Shown here piece by piece: positions 26,221-40,810 of a stretch of DNA of 64,000 bases. Within the stretch, counting starts at the first letter, position 1. Every line of letters starts with the position of its first letter. The translations under genes and the position numbers were made by a program. Source of the stretch: Octopus vulgaris (lineage: Eukaryota); the NCBI GenBank assembly GCA_951406725.2, contig OX597815.1:148676001-148740000 (forward strand), in the 5' to 3' direction. The notes beneath the pieces were generated by a model, which had not been told where the DNA came from, made no database searches, and saw only the letters and a program-made list of their open reading frames with translations.

Positions 26221-27353
26221 GAGGTGGGTGTGTGAAGGCCTGTGGCCTACAGGTTGGTTGCGTTGCATATTCCTTAGTGGGTTTGCGTTGTGTTCTTCAA
26301 CAAAAGACTTCATTACACGTTGGTCCAGAACATTCAGCTGGTAATATGAAACTCTGCGACGGAATAGCCATTCAATCAGGTTGGGATATTGGCTCACTCG
26401 CTGAGCTAGCCGGTAACATTTTTCGAATGTGAAAACAATGCGAAGCGCATTGTGGCCAGCGATGAATAACGACTTCCGATAGTATAACCGGCTATGTGGT
26501 CACGTGATACACATCTATAATCTCATGTTCAAAACCACATATACGTTCATATAAATACGCACATATACACAAGCACACCGGCAAATGTAATAAGTATGCA
26601 TGAACCAGCTTTATTTTCACCTTTGTTCCATCAGACATTTCCATCAAATCCATTGATAGTTTCATATTTGTAGTAAATGTGTAAATATAGATACTAGTTA
26701 TTCTACGTACAGCGTAACACTAACTTTCAAATTCATTTCATATCAATTATTCTGTGTATAAAATATAGTATACCACAGCGATTGTGATATTTGGATTACT
26801 ATCCTTGTTCTAATCAAGGAACGAGACTCATATTGCGTCACTAGGCGGAACATTTCATTCAACATTGTCGTGTTCACTTACTCGCATATAAATGACAGTG
26901 GTACGTGGGATATTTCCTGGTAATAACATGCCTTCAAATTGCTGCCTAAATGCTTTTAAAATACGGAAAGATTCAGCCTGGCAATCATCTCTGGGCTGGC
27001 TGAAAATATGTCTTTACTTTGAAATATATCCTTCTTCGACGATCTCTTGAACATTAAAATGTCCACAATTTGCAGCAAGATGAGATGTTTTATGTTTTTA
27101 TGTCTTTATCAATCACTTAAAGGCACATCTTCAGTTTAGTCTACATGATCATTTAATTATACATCTAATGGAAATTGTTAATATCTTAACATTTACATTT
27201 AATATATCGTTTTCCCAATACATACAATCGATAGGTGAGATTCAGAGGTATTCAATATAAAACGAAAGCACCTAACTGCGCTCAAATCTTTATCGGGGAC
27301 TAGTCCACATATATGCATATTGAAATATACTAACCATGATATTGTTTATCTAC

Positions 27354-27406
<53 letters not shown>

Positions 27407-27557
27407 TACATACATGCATACATACACACATATATACGTAATACATAAGCATATACATACATACACACATATATATATATATACATATATACATTCATGT
27501 ATGTATATATGTCATATGTCTAAATCTACATTTCTTTCTGTATATGTTAGACCCTAA

Positions 27558-27730
27558 TCGTTCGACAGCCAGTGTTTGTTTGTTTACGTCCCCGTAATGT
27601 AGTGGTTCAGGAAAGGGAACCAAAAGAATACTTTCATGGCTTAAAAACAAAAACTGTGGTCGAATTGTTCCACTAAATCAACTAAGGGGACGCTTCAGTA
27701 TGGCCGCAGTCTAATGACTGTAAGAAGTAA
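27558..27730 (+). mobile_element. SINE family A, diverged 3' half
   Basis: GTTTACGTCCCCGTAA...TATGGCCGCAGTCTAATGACTG. Confidence 0.7.
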
Positions 27731-28707
27731 CACTTGTTGAATATAGTAATTATGTGAGACTTGGGAATCAAGATAATTAACTTATCTTCCAATCTTGACG
27801 CGGTTACTTTTGCTATTTTCATAGTTTTTAAGAGATAATTGTTTTGCTTGTTAAGTTTGACACCGTCATCCGTTCTGTTTTAGAATCATTTTATCACCTC
27901 AGCACGCAACGTCTTCCATCAATAGTGGACAATCTTTTTCTTTTTTTTTGTTTTGTTTTTTTCGTTACTAATAAATATTAATGAACTATTCATATTCTGA
28001 ATTTTCTGATATCCAATGAGATGTAGTTTTATAATCATTAATGGTGAAATATTTTGTGATGCATGGAATGTTTGTCAGTTTTCATTCTGCCAACGCAAGA
28101 CATCCAGAAGAAAGACGTTTGAAGAACGAATGGGATTGACACGAATTTTTTAAAAAATATAGCAGAATGTCTATTAATGATGGACTCATAATATAAAAGT
28201 GCTTTTCGAAATTTCTAATAATAACATTACACTATAGACTCCTTTCTAAGTACATAGTTATTGAATCATGATACAATAAATAAAGAATACTAAAAGGAAT
28301 GGATTTAATGTGATATATTAAGTTGTGTTGAAACAAATAAAGTACGAAAACAGCTGGAACCGAAAAAGGTCAAACGATTCTCACTTTTCGGGTATAAGGT
28401 TTCACAATGTGGCGTTGAATCGCAAATGCAACAATTAGGATACGGAAGAGATATTAAATTGAAATAATGGGCAATCAAATTAAAAATAAATGTTTGAATT
28501 TGTGAAACAATATTTGTTAATAATGTGTATTATAAGAATATATAACAAACATAACTGATATAATAGTTCACTGACAATGGGAGTGAAAGGGTATTTAATG
28601 ATGTAACCAAATTATATTTCTGAATAATCCGGTAACGAACACTATGAACGGAAATCAATTTCTTCTGAAGCACATTACTTAGTAGATCGAAGCTTGATAT
28701 TCAATAC

Positions 28708-28750
28708 ATAGGAGTGGCTGTGTGGTAAGTAGCTGACTTACCAACCAGAT

Positions 28751-28797
<47 letters not shown>

Positions 28798-29030
28798 TTT
28801 CTCTGTGTATGTGTGTGTGTGTATGTTTGTGTGTTTGTGTTTGTCTTCCCAACATCGCTTGACAACAGATGCTTGTGTGTTTACGTCCCCGTAACTTAGC
28901 GGTTCGGCAAAAGAGACGGATATAATAAGTACTAGGCTTAAGAAGAATAAGTCCGGGGATAGATTTGCTCGACTACAGGCGGTGCTCCAGTACGGCCACA
29001 GTCAAATGACTGAAACAAGTAAAATAGTAA
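28708..29030 (+). mobile_element. SINE family A with an internal deletion
   Basis: The head ATAGGAGTGGCTGTGTGGTAAGTAGC joins directly to the microsatellite and 3' half. Confidence 0.85.
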
Positions 29031-29354
29031 GAGAGAGTAATATGATATATTATATAAGTAATTAATTAGTCCATTAATATATTAAATATATATATGTGAT
29101 GCATGTACACATACATATTTAGCATACATACATACTCACATATAATTGCGCGTAAATTTGCGTTTGCGCGGAAGTGTGTGAGTGTGTATATACATACATA
29201 TGTATGCGTTTGTAATCCGTCAGAGAATAAATATACGTGGTATTTTTTACACAATAAACTTATGTACGTTAGTCACTAACTTTCGTAATTCTTACAATTT
29301 TTCTTCTATTTAGAATACACATATGTACATATATAAGCACATATGTATATAATC

Positions 29355-29555
29355 GTTTCTGGTATAAGTACAAGGCTTGAAATAGTGGGGGAAGGTGCAA
29401 GTCGATTGCATCGATCCCGGTACTCAACGCGTACTTATTTTCTCGACCTTGTAGGGGACGAAATGCAAAACTGGCCCCGTCGGAATTTGATTGAACAAAT
29501 ACTGCTTGGTACATTGCTAATGCATCTGTTTCCTATCCGTCTTGCAGCCAGCCCG
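29355..29555 (-). mobile_element. SINE family B, diverged
   Basis: GTCGATTGCATCGATCCC..GTACTTATTTTCTCGACC..CGGAATTTGA resembles 21560-21880. Confidence 0.65.
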
Positions 29556-31653
29556 CTGCCAGGTCACTTTATATGTATATGCATCATAAATTCATGTACA
29601 TACATACCTATATATGCAATAGATATTCGAGAAAGAAATTCATTGGAAAGTTATTTTTAAGTGGTACGCATGTACCTCTCTGTGGAACCTTTATTGTGTT
29701 AACTTCAACAAACTAGAAGAAAGTACCGTTGAAAATAATGGATACCAAACTTTCTAAGTATATATCAACAATCGCTGAAATGCATGTTTAGTGAGATTTC
29801 ATTTGTCTGGTACTGACTCAAGAAATGAAAGCATAAACGATATTTTCTCTCATTAATAATTGCGTACGATCTGCAAACCATACACAACGTTACACACGCT
29901 GTCTGAAATATATTCCTAAATATATACATTCATATTAACCCTACCACCCTGGTCTGGAAGACACTTTCAACTCCCTTGAAAATCGTACGCACTAAGGACC
30001 TGAACTGTCGAAGCACCGCACAACGTCTTCAATGATACACAATAATGGACACAACAAGACAGAAAATGTCAATCAAATAATATAACGCAATCTATGATCT
30101 GTATTATTAAGGTACTTAGCATTCGATTCAATTAAAGAAACATAAAGTATACACGTAATCACTAAGCTATAATCTAGCAAGTCACTCACATCTTGGAAAG
30201 TACAATTCGTAATCGAATACACTGCAGCACAATAATAGACCATAGAATTATTTATTCATTCTATCACAACCAGACACCAAGACAAATTTCAATTCTCACA
30301 TAATAATCGGAATTGAATGAAATAATACAAATCTTTTATAGCATTGTATATGACATACTTATTCATTCTCAAATAACAAAACCAAGCACAATATTAGAAT
30401 ACGGGGATTATAGTTATTTCTGCCGGATGTCATGTGAAGCTGCTCAAAACGATTAATGGTAATACGAACGCAGTATCTGAATACTCATCTTCTTCTCTTC
30501 AACGTGGTATTTTTGATCATCACAAGCATTGTCATAACCATCAGCATAATCTTTCTAAACATCATCACCTCCCAGTTCTTCATAATCGAAAATCACATTA
30601 TCATTGTTATCTCCAAATTTGTTTTAATTGGAAACACATTAATGTTTATACCTGTCGCCTCAAGTTCTTTTGTGAGGGATGGAGGATGGTATTTTGAAAG
30701 GGAAGTGATATTCGATATCGTATCCCTTCGCTTGGATAACTTGTCGGCGAAAAAATATATTTTTAATGGGCTAATGAACATACCGTGAACATTTACACAG
30801 TGTGAGCACCTTGACAAACACATCTGCCTTTATTGAAATTCAAAATAATCTCCTGACTATATTAATTACAATTCGTTTTGTAATTTGATTTTTGAAATTT
30901 TCTTTAAAATATTTTCGTGATTGAAAATGTAATTTGTAATTATAATTGATAAAATAACACTTCATAAATCAGTAATATTTTTCCTGAAATCAGTATTTAA
31001 AGTCTTGGTCCCATCTCGACATTTTCAATGCCGCAGAAAATAATTGCACAATGTGGATTGAACAGACTTAATAATACAACTTGTTTGTATTAATACTGTG
31101 TGGAGCTGTTAAATACTATACTACATTGTATCGACAAAAGCTATACACCTGATTATAAATGAAGTAACGTGTGGAGATCAATTACTATATTGCAAGAATC
31201 ATAGTGTCTTAATACATAGCGAGTAATATGAAATGTTCAATAGAGCATTTGTGTTTTGTCATTTAATTATATAAGATCTGAACACCAAACAATATGAAAT
31301 AAATTCACTCGCGCAAACAACAGATAAATGCAGCGCTATTGGATGAAAAGTAAAAGCGTGGAAACATTTAGTGTCTCGGAGGACTGATGTTGAAATACAG
31401 GGATTTAGTTTATGTAAAAAAACTCTCCCACATTGGATCTCGGTAATTGTATGAAATGAGATTGTTGTTTTATTGAAGTAAAAGTCTCAATCAGTAATAT
31501 ATATTTAGGAATTCAGCATTAAAAATTTTGATCCGATATCGTATAACACAAAGATGCAGACAGCGGACAACACTGGATACAATGTTGGAATGCAACATTA
31601 CAGCATAATAGATACTTCTATTCAAATATATGCGTATATATATATATATATAC

Positions 31654-31794
<141 letters not shown>

Positions 31795-31839
31795 AATATA
31801 TAGATACATTCATTTCTGTATACATTCTTGTGTATATAA

Positions 31840-32711
31840 ACTGTTTCGGATGGGTAAACTGTCGCCTTCTATATTTTTTATTTCGCGCATGCGCATTCTT
31901 TGTTTTTGATTGTGTCGACTACACCGTTGAATAGTGTTACTTGTGCACCGTCTGTGAGAAAAATAGCACCATGACGCAATTCTCAGTGCCATAAATTTGG
32001 AAACGATATGCTGTAAAGCTTGGCATTCGCGCTGGAAGTACCAGTACAAACATTTCAGAGTGTTTTGGTGACAATCTGAGGACATGTATCGATAGTGATA
32101 AAAATCAAACATCTAGACAACGTCATGGTGTTGGAGCGATGACTAGTGATGGCCACGTTATACCTCATTCGTCTTCCCACACGGCCTGAGACCCAACATG
32201 GAGACCTACATCACGTTCCTGGAGGAGATGGTGTAGCCCTAGGTCAAGAAGGTGTCTGCTGGCAAACTCTATCTCTAGCATCATGCGTCTGCACCATGTC
32301 AAACATGCAGGAGAACCCAGTCATAGCTGTCAGACAATTTCTGCGAGCACATCGCCCCTAAAATGCGGCCATCTAACCCCCTAGACTGTAACTCCCTTGA
32401 TAATTATTTGTGGAGAGTATTTGTGTGAGAGACCCACACGATTCCTTGAAACACCAAAGATGAACTGAATGCAAGGATTATGGCAGCATTCTCCAAATTA
32501 AACAAGGAGACTGTCCAGAAAATTTGCACGAGATTCCGAAGCCGTGTGGAAGCCATGGTTGAATCCAATGGCGAACTTATTGAATAAGTTCACTGTTTAG
32601 TATTTCGAGATATTTTTATGTAATTTTGTTAAATATATCTCTTAAAATGCGATGTCAGTGATATTTTCATTTTTGCGCAATTTAGATGACATTTTATTCA
32701 CCACACCCTAT
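31840..32711 (+). mobile_element. Tc1/mariner-superfamily transposon (DD37D/maT-like), internally deleted and decayed
   Basis: N-terminal MTQFSVP..WKRYAVKLGIRAG. The catalytic region reads VMV.GAMTSDGHV..FVFPHGLRPN.ETYI..LEE and .PSNPLDCNSLD (decayed WPPNSPDCNPLD). The right end is ...CACCACACCCTATA. Confidence 0.8.
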
Positions 32712-33506
32712 ATGTGTGTGAGTGAGTGTGTGTGTGTGTGTAAGTGAGTGTGTGTGTGAGTGAGTGTGTGTGTGTGTGTGTGTGTATGCATGTGTTAGTA
32801 AGTGCATACGTACATACATAGATACATATATCTTTATTTACATGCATACATTTATACGCGTTCAGTGTCGACCGTCGGAGCAAGAATATTTGATGTTTTA
32901 TCAAAGATAGACAAAATATGATTTTGGTCGATTCACGTTGTTCGTCTTCACCCAAATTGCTACTGTGGAAACTTTAACACACTTCTGAGGAAACTATTCT
33001 GATGAAACTATTCCTGCAGATGTCCCTGGCAGGCGCCTCATAAACCTTCAAACACCTCTATCACAGATCTATATAAGCATTTACAAGACCAAATAATTAC
33101 AACAGCGGCAAATAATTTTCTTTCCAGAAAGTTTTATGCAATATGATTATATATTTTCATTGTAAAAAACATCAAAATCTGCTCTGTCATATTTCTCTGG
33201 TATACTTTGCTGATTGGTTCCTTCTCTCAAGATATTCTCCGCATAGAATAACCTCGCTAATACAGAACCATTATACTACGACATTGCATTCCATGCTAGC
33301 ATAAATTAATGTTACATGTAAACGATATCAAATCAGTCGGTCAGTTGAAACAAATGTAATAGAAAATTATTTTCTGAAATCGCAACTTGTCTTTGCATCA
33401 CATCCCCAAACTTTTCAATATTATTTATGTATTGATGTAATAAAAATAAATCTAACGTCTCATATATCTGCCTAATCTTCCTGCGAATTCATTCCCAATG
33501 TCATAA

Positions 33507-33622
<116 letters not shown>

Positions 33623-35349
33623 TGCTTATGTTAACCGTAAGTACATTAATATGCCGATTTCAATATGTTCAACTAATGTATTTAGACTGTTCAGGAGTCT
33701 TTCTCTCTCTTCAAAGGCTACAATAACTATATATCTCTCTAAGGCTGTCGTTCCAATTTAACGACTTGGTTTCGATTGTTTATATATTTCAATTTTACTT
33801 CCTTCGCTTATTTCGATGTTAATTATTTCATTGTTAGTAATAACAATATGTCTAATTTAAGACTGCCTAGTGCCTTTAATTCATATAATAATGCAGCCGT
33901 TCCCATCTTATTTTCCATTTTCTAAACAGATAATTAACGCAATTCTTTCCCAGCAAACATCCTCACACAAGGATATTTCAAATAGTTCAAATATTTACCT
34001 CAACTCGAAACTCTCACATCAGTCTATGATTGCTGTATCTTTTCCAATTTAATTCAGCATGAAACGCAAGATAATTTTATTTACTAATTCCTATTGGTTA
34101 CAGTGGTCAGTACAACACTGTAGATCTATTTTCTACACTCATCCAAATCATGACCTCCGCTGTTTAAATACCAGAATCGTCTCCTGTACACGTTATGGTT
34201 TCTGCTTATCTGTATAAAATATGGTAGAAATATATATCACCGAATACGCTACGAAGTATCTGATAATTTATAATACATTGACTCATCCATTCTTGTTCAT
34301 ATACATATAACAATATCTAAGTTATTTTACGGCGTGTCAACAAATCCTCTATGTAATTGTTTGATCTACTAGAAATAGGTCCTATTTCTCCTTGAAATCG
34401 TACAAACTCAAGCGTAAGTAACCTCAACACGACACACCTAATATGAGTGATAATACACTCTGGAATGTTAGTTCATTGGTGGGCTCGTTCAGGATGAATC
34501 GATGAATTACAATGAAATGACAAGAAAAACTCACCATTGTCTTTATCATATTGGTTGATATAATTCCACACAACAACATTAGAGACTTTGAAAAATCTGA
34601 ATTAATTTTCTCCGCATTCATGATTAAAGGCCAACTTCTGAAATCGATTGACCTTTTTCTAACATGTGAATCCATCATTTGTCAAGTATAACTCACTATC
34701 TGATTACTTTTTTCCAATGTTTATGCAACCAGCTGAAACATGTAACGATTAAATTCAGGGATGAATAGTAATATACGCTATAGAAATGACATTAAAGGTA
34801 GTTCTACTCAAACACCTGTCAATTTCTTAATCTGAGATTTTGTTTTCCTTTTCAACGTTACTTACAAAAACGAAAATATCAAAATAACTTATATCAAGTA
34901 ACATCAAATGTCGCTGTATTCCCTTTGCAAAATTATTGAAATATTTCAGCATGATTTTCAGCCCGCTTCTGCTATAATAATACAGTTGAGCAAATATGTT
35001 AGTGACGAGAAGAATACAGCGATTCATTGAATACATGTGCACTCTTCAAAACAAACATTACGTCTACCAAATCACTGTCAGGCACTCTTGCTAATTAGAA
35101 GGATTTCAATAAAAATTGCAAAGAATTCCAATCAGCTATTTTGCAACCAAGAGAAATACTAAAATGTCGAAAGATTCACAACACATGTATTTCATTATTA
35201 ATTCAATGGAGGAACTTGTATATTCTAATTTGCTAGAATAGATATGTGTTTTGTCATATTGGTTCTTGGGATATTCTTCACATCCATAACGTGAATTTAT
35301 ATATATATGTATCGGTGGTTGTTGCTCTCATCTATGATCACCTTATACT

Positions 35350-35850
35350 ACAAGGACGATAGCAGAGCCTGAATCAGTCCAACGACATTACACAAAGAAA
35401 ATTGCATCAATGCAACTACTGAGCTACTGTGACAGATTGAAAGAGCTACGACTCTATTCCCTGGAACGATGGCGAGAACGGTATGGAGTGATATATATAT
35501 ATATATCGAAGATACTGGTAGGTATGGTACCAAACTTTGGAATAAAGAGCTATACAAGACTACGAACAGGACGTCACAGTGCTGTTCTCACTGTGCCGAC
35601 TGCTTCATCTCGGGCAAGGAAGTTGTACTGCAATAGCTTGGGTTTCAAGGGCCGACAGCTGTTTAACTGTCTGTCGAAACATCTGAGGAGCTTCCATGGT
35701 GTGGATGTAGATGTTTTCAAGCGTGAACTTGACCTCTGGCTCGCCGAGATCTCGGATGAGCCAATATCTAGGTAAGAAACTGAAAAGAGGGCAGTAACAT
35801 CCAACTCCATCCTTCACCAAAAGCCACTCCGACAAAGGTGGAGAGTGGAA
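35350..35850 (+). mobile_element. APE-type LINE (CR1/L2-like group), 3' end fragment
   Basis: LSYCDRLKELRLYSLERWRERY...KILVGMVPN...LFNCL...FKRELDLWLAEISDEP. Confidence 0.8.
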
Positions 35851-35916
35851 AGATGATCACAATCACGGTGCTCCAGCATGGCCACCGTCATTAGACTGAA
35901 ACATATAAAAGAATAA

Positions 35917-35976
<60 letters not shown>

Positions 35977-36199
35977 GTGTGTATGTATGTATATAAGGAT
36001 AGGATCGTTAGTTTAAATTAAATATCGATCTTATCAAGTGACCAGCATGGGAATAAAAACCTTCAAAGGTAATAATTATTATTAAAATTATAATTTAGGA
36101 TGTCTACGAGATACCGCTATACTTAAAATAACAGCCAATATCTGACTCTAAAAGCACATAAAATGTTCATACAGCATCGTGCTGTATGAACATTTAATG

Positions 36200-36570
36200 T
36201 GGTTTTTTTCCTTTTTCTTTTACCACTCCCTCTTCTTTCCCTTCTACTTTCTCTTCTTCTTCTTCTTATTATTATTATTATTTTCTTCTTCTTCTTATTC
36301 GTCTACATCTTCTTCTTCTTTTTCTTCGTCTACTTCATATTCTTCTTCTCCGTCTACCTCTTCTTTTTCTTCTTTATCTTATCTTCTCCCCTTCTTTTTC
36401 TTCTTCTTCTCCTTCTTCATTTCTTCCTCCGCTTCTTCTTCATCTACCTCTTCTTTTACTTCTCTTCGTCTACCTCGTCTCGTTTTTCTTCTTCGTCTTC
36501 TTTTTCTTCTTCCAATACCTCTTCTTCTCATTTTCCTCCTATTTTTTTCGTCTTCTTCATGTTCCTCATT
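36200..36570 (+). repeat. Degenerate (CTT)n polypyrimidine tract
   Basis: About 370 bp of almost pure C/T. Confidence 0.9.
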
Positions 36571-37058
36571 TTGATCGTTTCCGTGTACATACTCTTTCAT
36601 TTATCACGTAGCACTATAGGAGATCACTTCGTTCGTTTCTACACAAACAAAATAGATAACTCTATGTGGAAAGAGAATGCATATTAAATTTTGATGTCAT
36701 ATTGTTTGCCACATATTGTTCTGATAAAATAAAAATACACGAACGAGTATTTTGTGAAAGGCAAAGCAACACCATGAGTGAATTTAAGTACGTTTGAAGT
36801 ATGTTTGAACATGCCAATATTAATAAGTACCACTTGCACACACATTTACACAAACATTCATATGCATATATTTTGTGTGTGGGCATGTTTATATGTATCA
36901 GTAGCTAGACGGATATATATACATGCGAAATGTATGTATGTATGTATATACGTATGTATGTATGTATATATGTAAGTATGTATGTATGGATGGATGTATG
37001 TATGGATGTATGTATGTGTGTGTGTGTTTGTTTGTGTTTATATATCTATATCTATCTA

Positions 37059-37094
<36 letters not shown>

Positions 37095-37571
37095 AGTACG
37101 TAATTGTCTCAAGATATTTTTCTGTCTGTACACTATCGAAAATATAGAAGACATGTTTGCGAAATGCGTATGTTCGAAAATCTATGAACGCGTTTCCATG
37201 ATTGAGAAAAGCAGTCGGTAAATCTATGTGAGTGGAAGAATTCCCCCCAAGGGAGTGGTATATGAGTTTTGATAACGTGCCAGCTAAAGTGATATATGCA
37301 AATATAATACGTGCGAAACTGAAAATGCATCAATTGAATTCAGTTGGATAATCTTATGATCAAGAAATATAATACTTGCGGACATGTTCTCCAAATGCAG
37401 GTGGTCTCTATCCCATGGATACTAACACTTACCTAACTCAAACAAATTGGTGATAACCTCCCAAAACTAATGATTAGTGTATTGTTTCAGAGTGTCACTT
37501 AACCAGTGGTGGTTGTTCTTATGCATTTAGGACATACATAATATGCATACTTACAAACACGCGTATATATA

Positions 37572-37619
<48 letters not shown>

Positions 37620-37804
37620 TATATACACATCTAAATATACATATATGCATATATATATATATGTATGTATGCATACACTTATATATACATATCTATACAC
37701 ACACACATATATATATATATAAATATATATGCACATATATACATCTTTAAATATATTTATGCAGACGTATACATATTCATATATATTTAAACATATATAT
37801 ATTT

Positions 37805-37853
<49 letters not shown>

Positions 37854-38112
37854 CACACACACACATATATACATACATTTGTGCATGCTTGATCAGGTGG
37901 CACGTTGTGAGCCTTAGAAAAACACTTTTCCTGTGCCTCTGTTTATGCTTCATCTAATAGGAATAATATATTACACCTAATAATAATAACTGATTCATTT
38001 GGATGCATATACATATAAATCTATAGATATATATTTATGTATATTTATGTATATGTTTATATATGTAAAGTGTGTATTTATATTTATAACTTAAACTTTC
38101 GAACTTTCTAAA

Positions 38113-38236
38113 CTCTCTGACGAAGCCCGGAGGCACACCCATGTACCTTAATCATATCTACCAAATACATTAGTTTACTGAAGGGATGGAAGTAAAGTGG
38201 TGTACTATAATCTCTTGGCTGAAACATCTGTAAGAT
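38113..38236 (+). ncRNA. Type I hammerhead motif with a long stem II insert (PLE pLTR)
   Basis: TCT-CTGACGA-AGCC...(~90 nt)...GGCT-GAAACA-TC-TGTA-AGA. Confidence 0.65.
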
Positions 38237-38479
38237 TCTTTTCTACTTCCAATGTTCTACGTTATATATTCTAATAATCGCTGGTATTTTTATATTTTGA
38301 TATATTATATATGTAAAGCGTAACATTTTATAATTTATTTAAAAATTAAATAATAACAACACAACACACAAAGGAATATTACTAACTATTATAAAAAAAA
38401 AAAACGATAAAATTAAATAACCTATTTTATACTCAAATATAATTTAAACAGATATGCACACAGAAGGAGACAGATGTGA

Positions 38480-38800
38480 ATATATATATACAAACACATG
38501 CTCACACACACGTACATAGAAAATACACAAACACGGACAAGCATGCACATAAATATGCAGCACACTTACATGCAGATGCAGACACATACATATATACATA
38601 TGCATACACGCATATATACATACACATGCAAACACACACAAACACATAATACGTACATGCATGCATGTATAGGCACACACACACATAATACGTACATGCA
38701 TACATGTATAGGCACACACACACATACACACGTACATGCATGCATGTATAGGCACACACACACACACACACACACTGACCCCCACACATGCGCACAAACA
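38480..38800. repeat. (CA)-rich minisatellite with ACGTACATGCATGCATGTATAGGCACAC-like units
   Basis: Three similar ~40-bp units at 38645-38775. Confidence 0.85.
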
Positions 38801-39335
38801 AACAAAAGGGAACGCTGTGTAAATAACGGACAGTCAAAACTATTGAAAAGGTTGCAACACACAACGAACATTTTAGAAAATAAAAACAAGAAATAAGTGG
38901 AAATTTTACCGGTGAGTGTGTAAAATAATAAGGCACAAAAAGAAAATGACTCTTCCCAGATACAACAGAATATGCTTCAACACACGAACTCATATAAAGC
39001 ATCTTGCAAAACAAATCCAAAAACGAAATATAATTTAAATATATATATCAGGTACCTATTATTATTATGATAATTAAATAATATTTACATATTACAAAAA
39101 CACAATGTTTTTTTAAAAAATAAAAAAATAAACATAATCTTAAACTTGATGAGTACCACATCTTGATACCCGCCATTTTATTAATGGTTTATATATATTT
39201 CTTTTATCTCGCTTTACAGAATTTCAGTCGAATGAATCAAAGTCAGTTTTTATTTTTCAGGCCCAGCGCTCACTCTAGCGGTATGTTTTATCATAGTTAG
39301 GAAGAGGCAAACGCATATCAAGGTGACACACTCAA

Positions 39336-39566
39336 ACTACACATTCATAGGACGGGTTTCTTTGACATTCCGTGCAACACATCCACTCACGATACTTTAA
39401 TCAGTCTAAAAAAAAGTTACCTGTCCTAGGTGCTACAAAATGGGACAACACCTGATAGATATTGTGAAACAAACCTCTTATCATATAACTGCAGCTATAA
39501 ATATACGTATGCATATACAAACACACACTCACCCCATCACACTCCTTATATATACGTATATATATA

Positions 39567-39637
<71 letters not shown>

Positions 39638-39857
39638 GTATATATAAGGAGTGTGATGGGGTGAGTGTGTGTTTGTATATGCATACGTATATTTATAGCT
39701 GCAGTTATATGATAAGAGGTTTGTTTCACAATATCTATCAGGTGTTGTCCCATTTTGTAGCACCTAGGACAGGTAACTTTTTTTTAGACTGATTAAAGTA
39801 TCGTGAGTGGATGTGTTGCACGGAATGTCAAAGAAACCCGTCCTATGAATGTGTAGT
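39336..39857. repeat. 522-bp near-perfect palindrome centred on (TA)n
   Basis: The arms are reverse complements, and the ORF track shows mirror-image ORFs 39401-39763(-) and 39430-39792(+). Confidence 0.97.
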
Positions 39858-39860
39858 ATG

Positions 39861-39936
<76 letters not shown>

Positions 39937-40019
39937 TTGTGGATGATAAAATGATGTCGAAACAATTGTCGTGATTAATGATAAATTCTCGTATATTCTA
40001 TCTTCCGTCTTTCATTTGC

Positions 40020-40142
<123 letters not shown>

Positions 40143-40144
40143 TC

Positions 40145-40810
40145 CCTTATTCTTTTTCTTGTGTTTGTCATGTGACAACAAAAATGCTGGAACACCACCT
40201 TGAATGAATTTAGTCGAAGAAATCGGCCCTAAGACTTATTCTTCGTAAGCATAGAACTTATTCTACAAGTTTTTTACCGACCCGCTATGTTATGAGGACT
40301 TAAACACGCCAATTTTCAAACAATGATGGTGGACAAATATAGACAGAAAGAAATTACATGCGCAAACATACATCCATACACACAAACCCACACACACACA
40401 CACACACACACGCACACACACTCACATATACATACATATAAACACACATATGTATATTTATTTATTTATGTACAGAAATGTTCAACATCGACAGTGAGTG
40501 CTCAATAGAGCATAGCTGGATGAAATTGCTTTATTTGTATATTAAGGCTACGACTGGTGTTTTTTGAAGAAAAATATCCTGGTATCTTAACAGTTTTCGA
40601 ATTCGATCATGTAGAGATATGATATTCGTCACCATTTTGGAGGAAAATATATATGACAGGATTCTTTCAGTTTCCGTCCACTAAATCCAGTCAGAAGTAT
40701 TTGGTTAGCAGAGGCTACAGAAGAAGACACTTGTACAAGGTGCTGCGCAATGTTACTAAACATGGAATCATGTGTTTGAGGAGCAAGCTTGTAAAAACAC
40801 AGTTACGCCT
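40145..40810 (-). mobile_element. SINE family A, diverged, with inserted sequence
   Basis: Tail at 40145-40340 and head at 40655-40810 (TTCTTTCAGTTTCCGTC...AGAAGACACTTG). Confidence 0.7.

Noticed and set aside
26882-26999. Minus-strand segment with good splice signals (ttttcag ... gtaagt)
   Set aside because: All three frames contain stops; at most a non-coding exon, and unsupported.
30434-30823. Overlapping ORFs, including a hydrophobic 110-aa ORF
   Set aside because: It looks like the antisense of an acidic low-complexity frame that has an internal stop; no recognisable domain.
34534-34732. Further small minus-strand exon candidates (WLHKHWKKVIR and others)
   Set aside because: They do not join the neighbouring candidates into a stop-free frame, so they cannot be assembled.
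39401-39792. Two near-identical 120-aa ORFs on opposite strands
   Set aside because: A by-product of the palindrome and its (TA)n centre.
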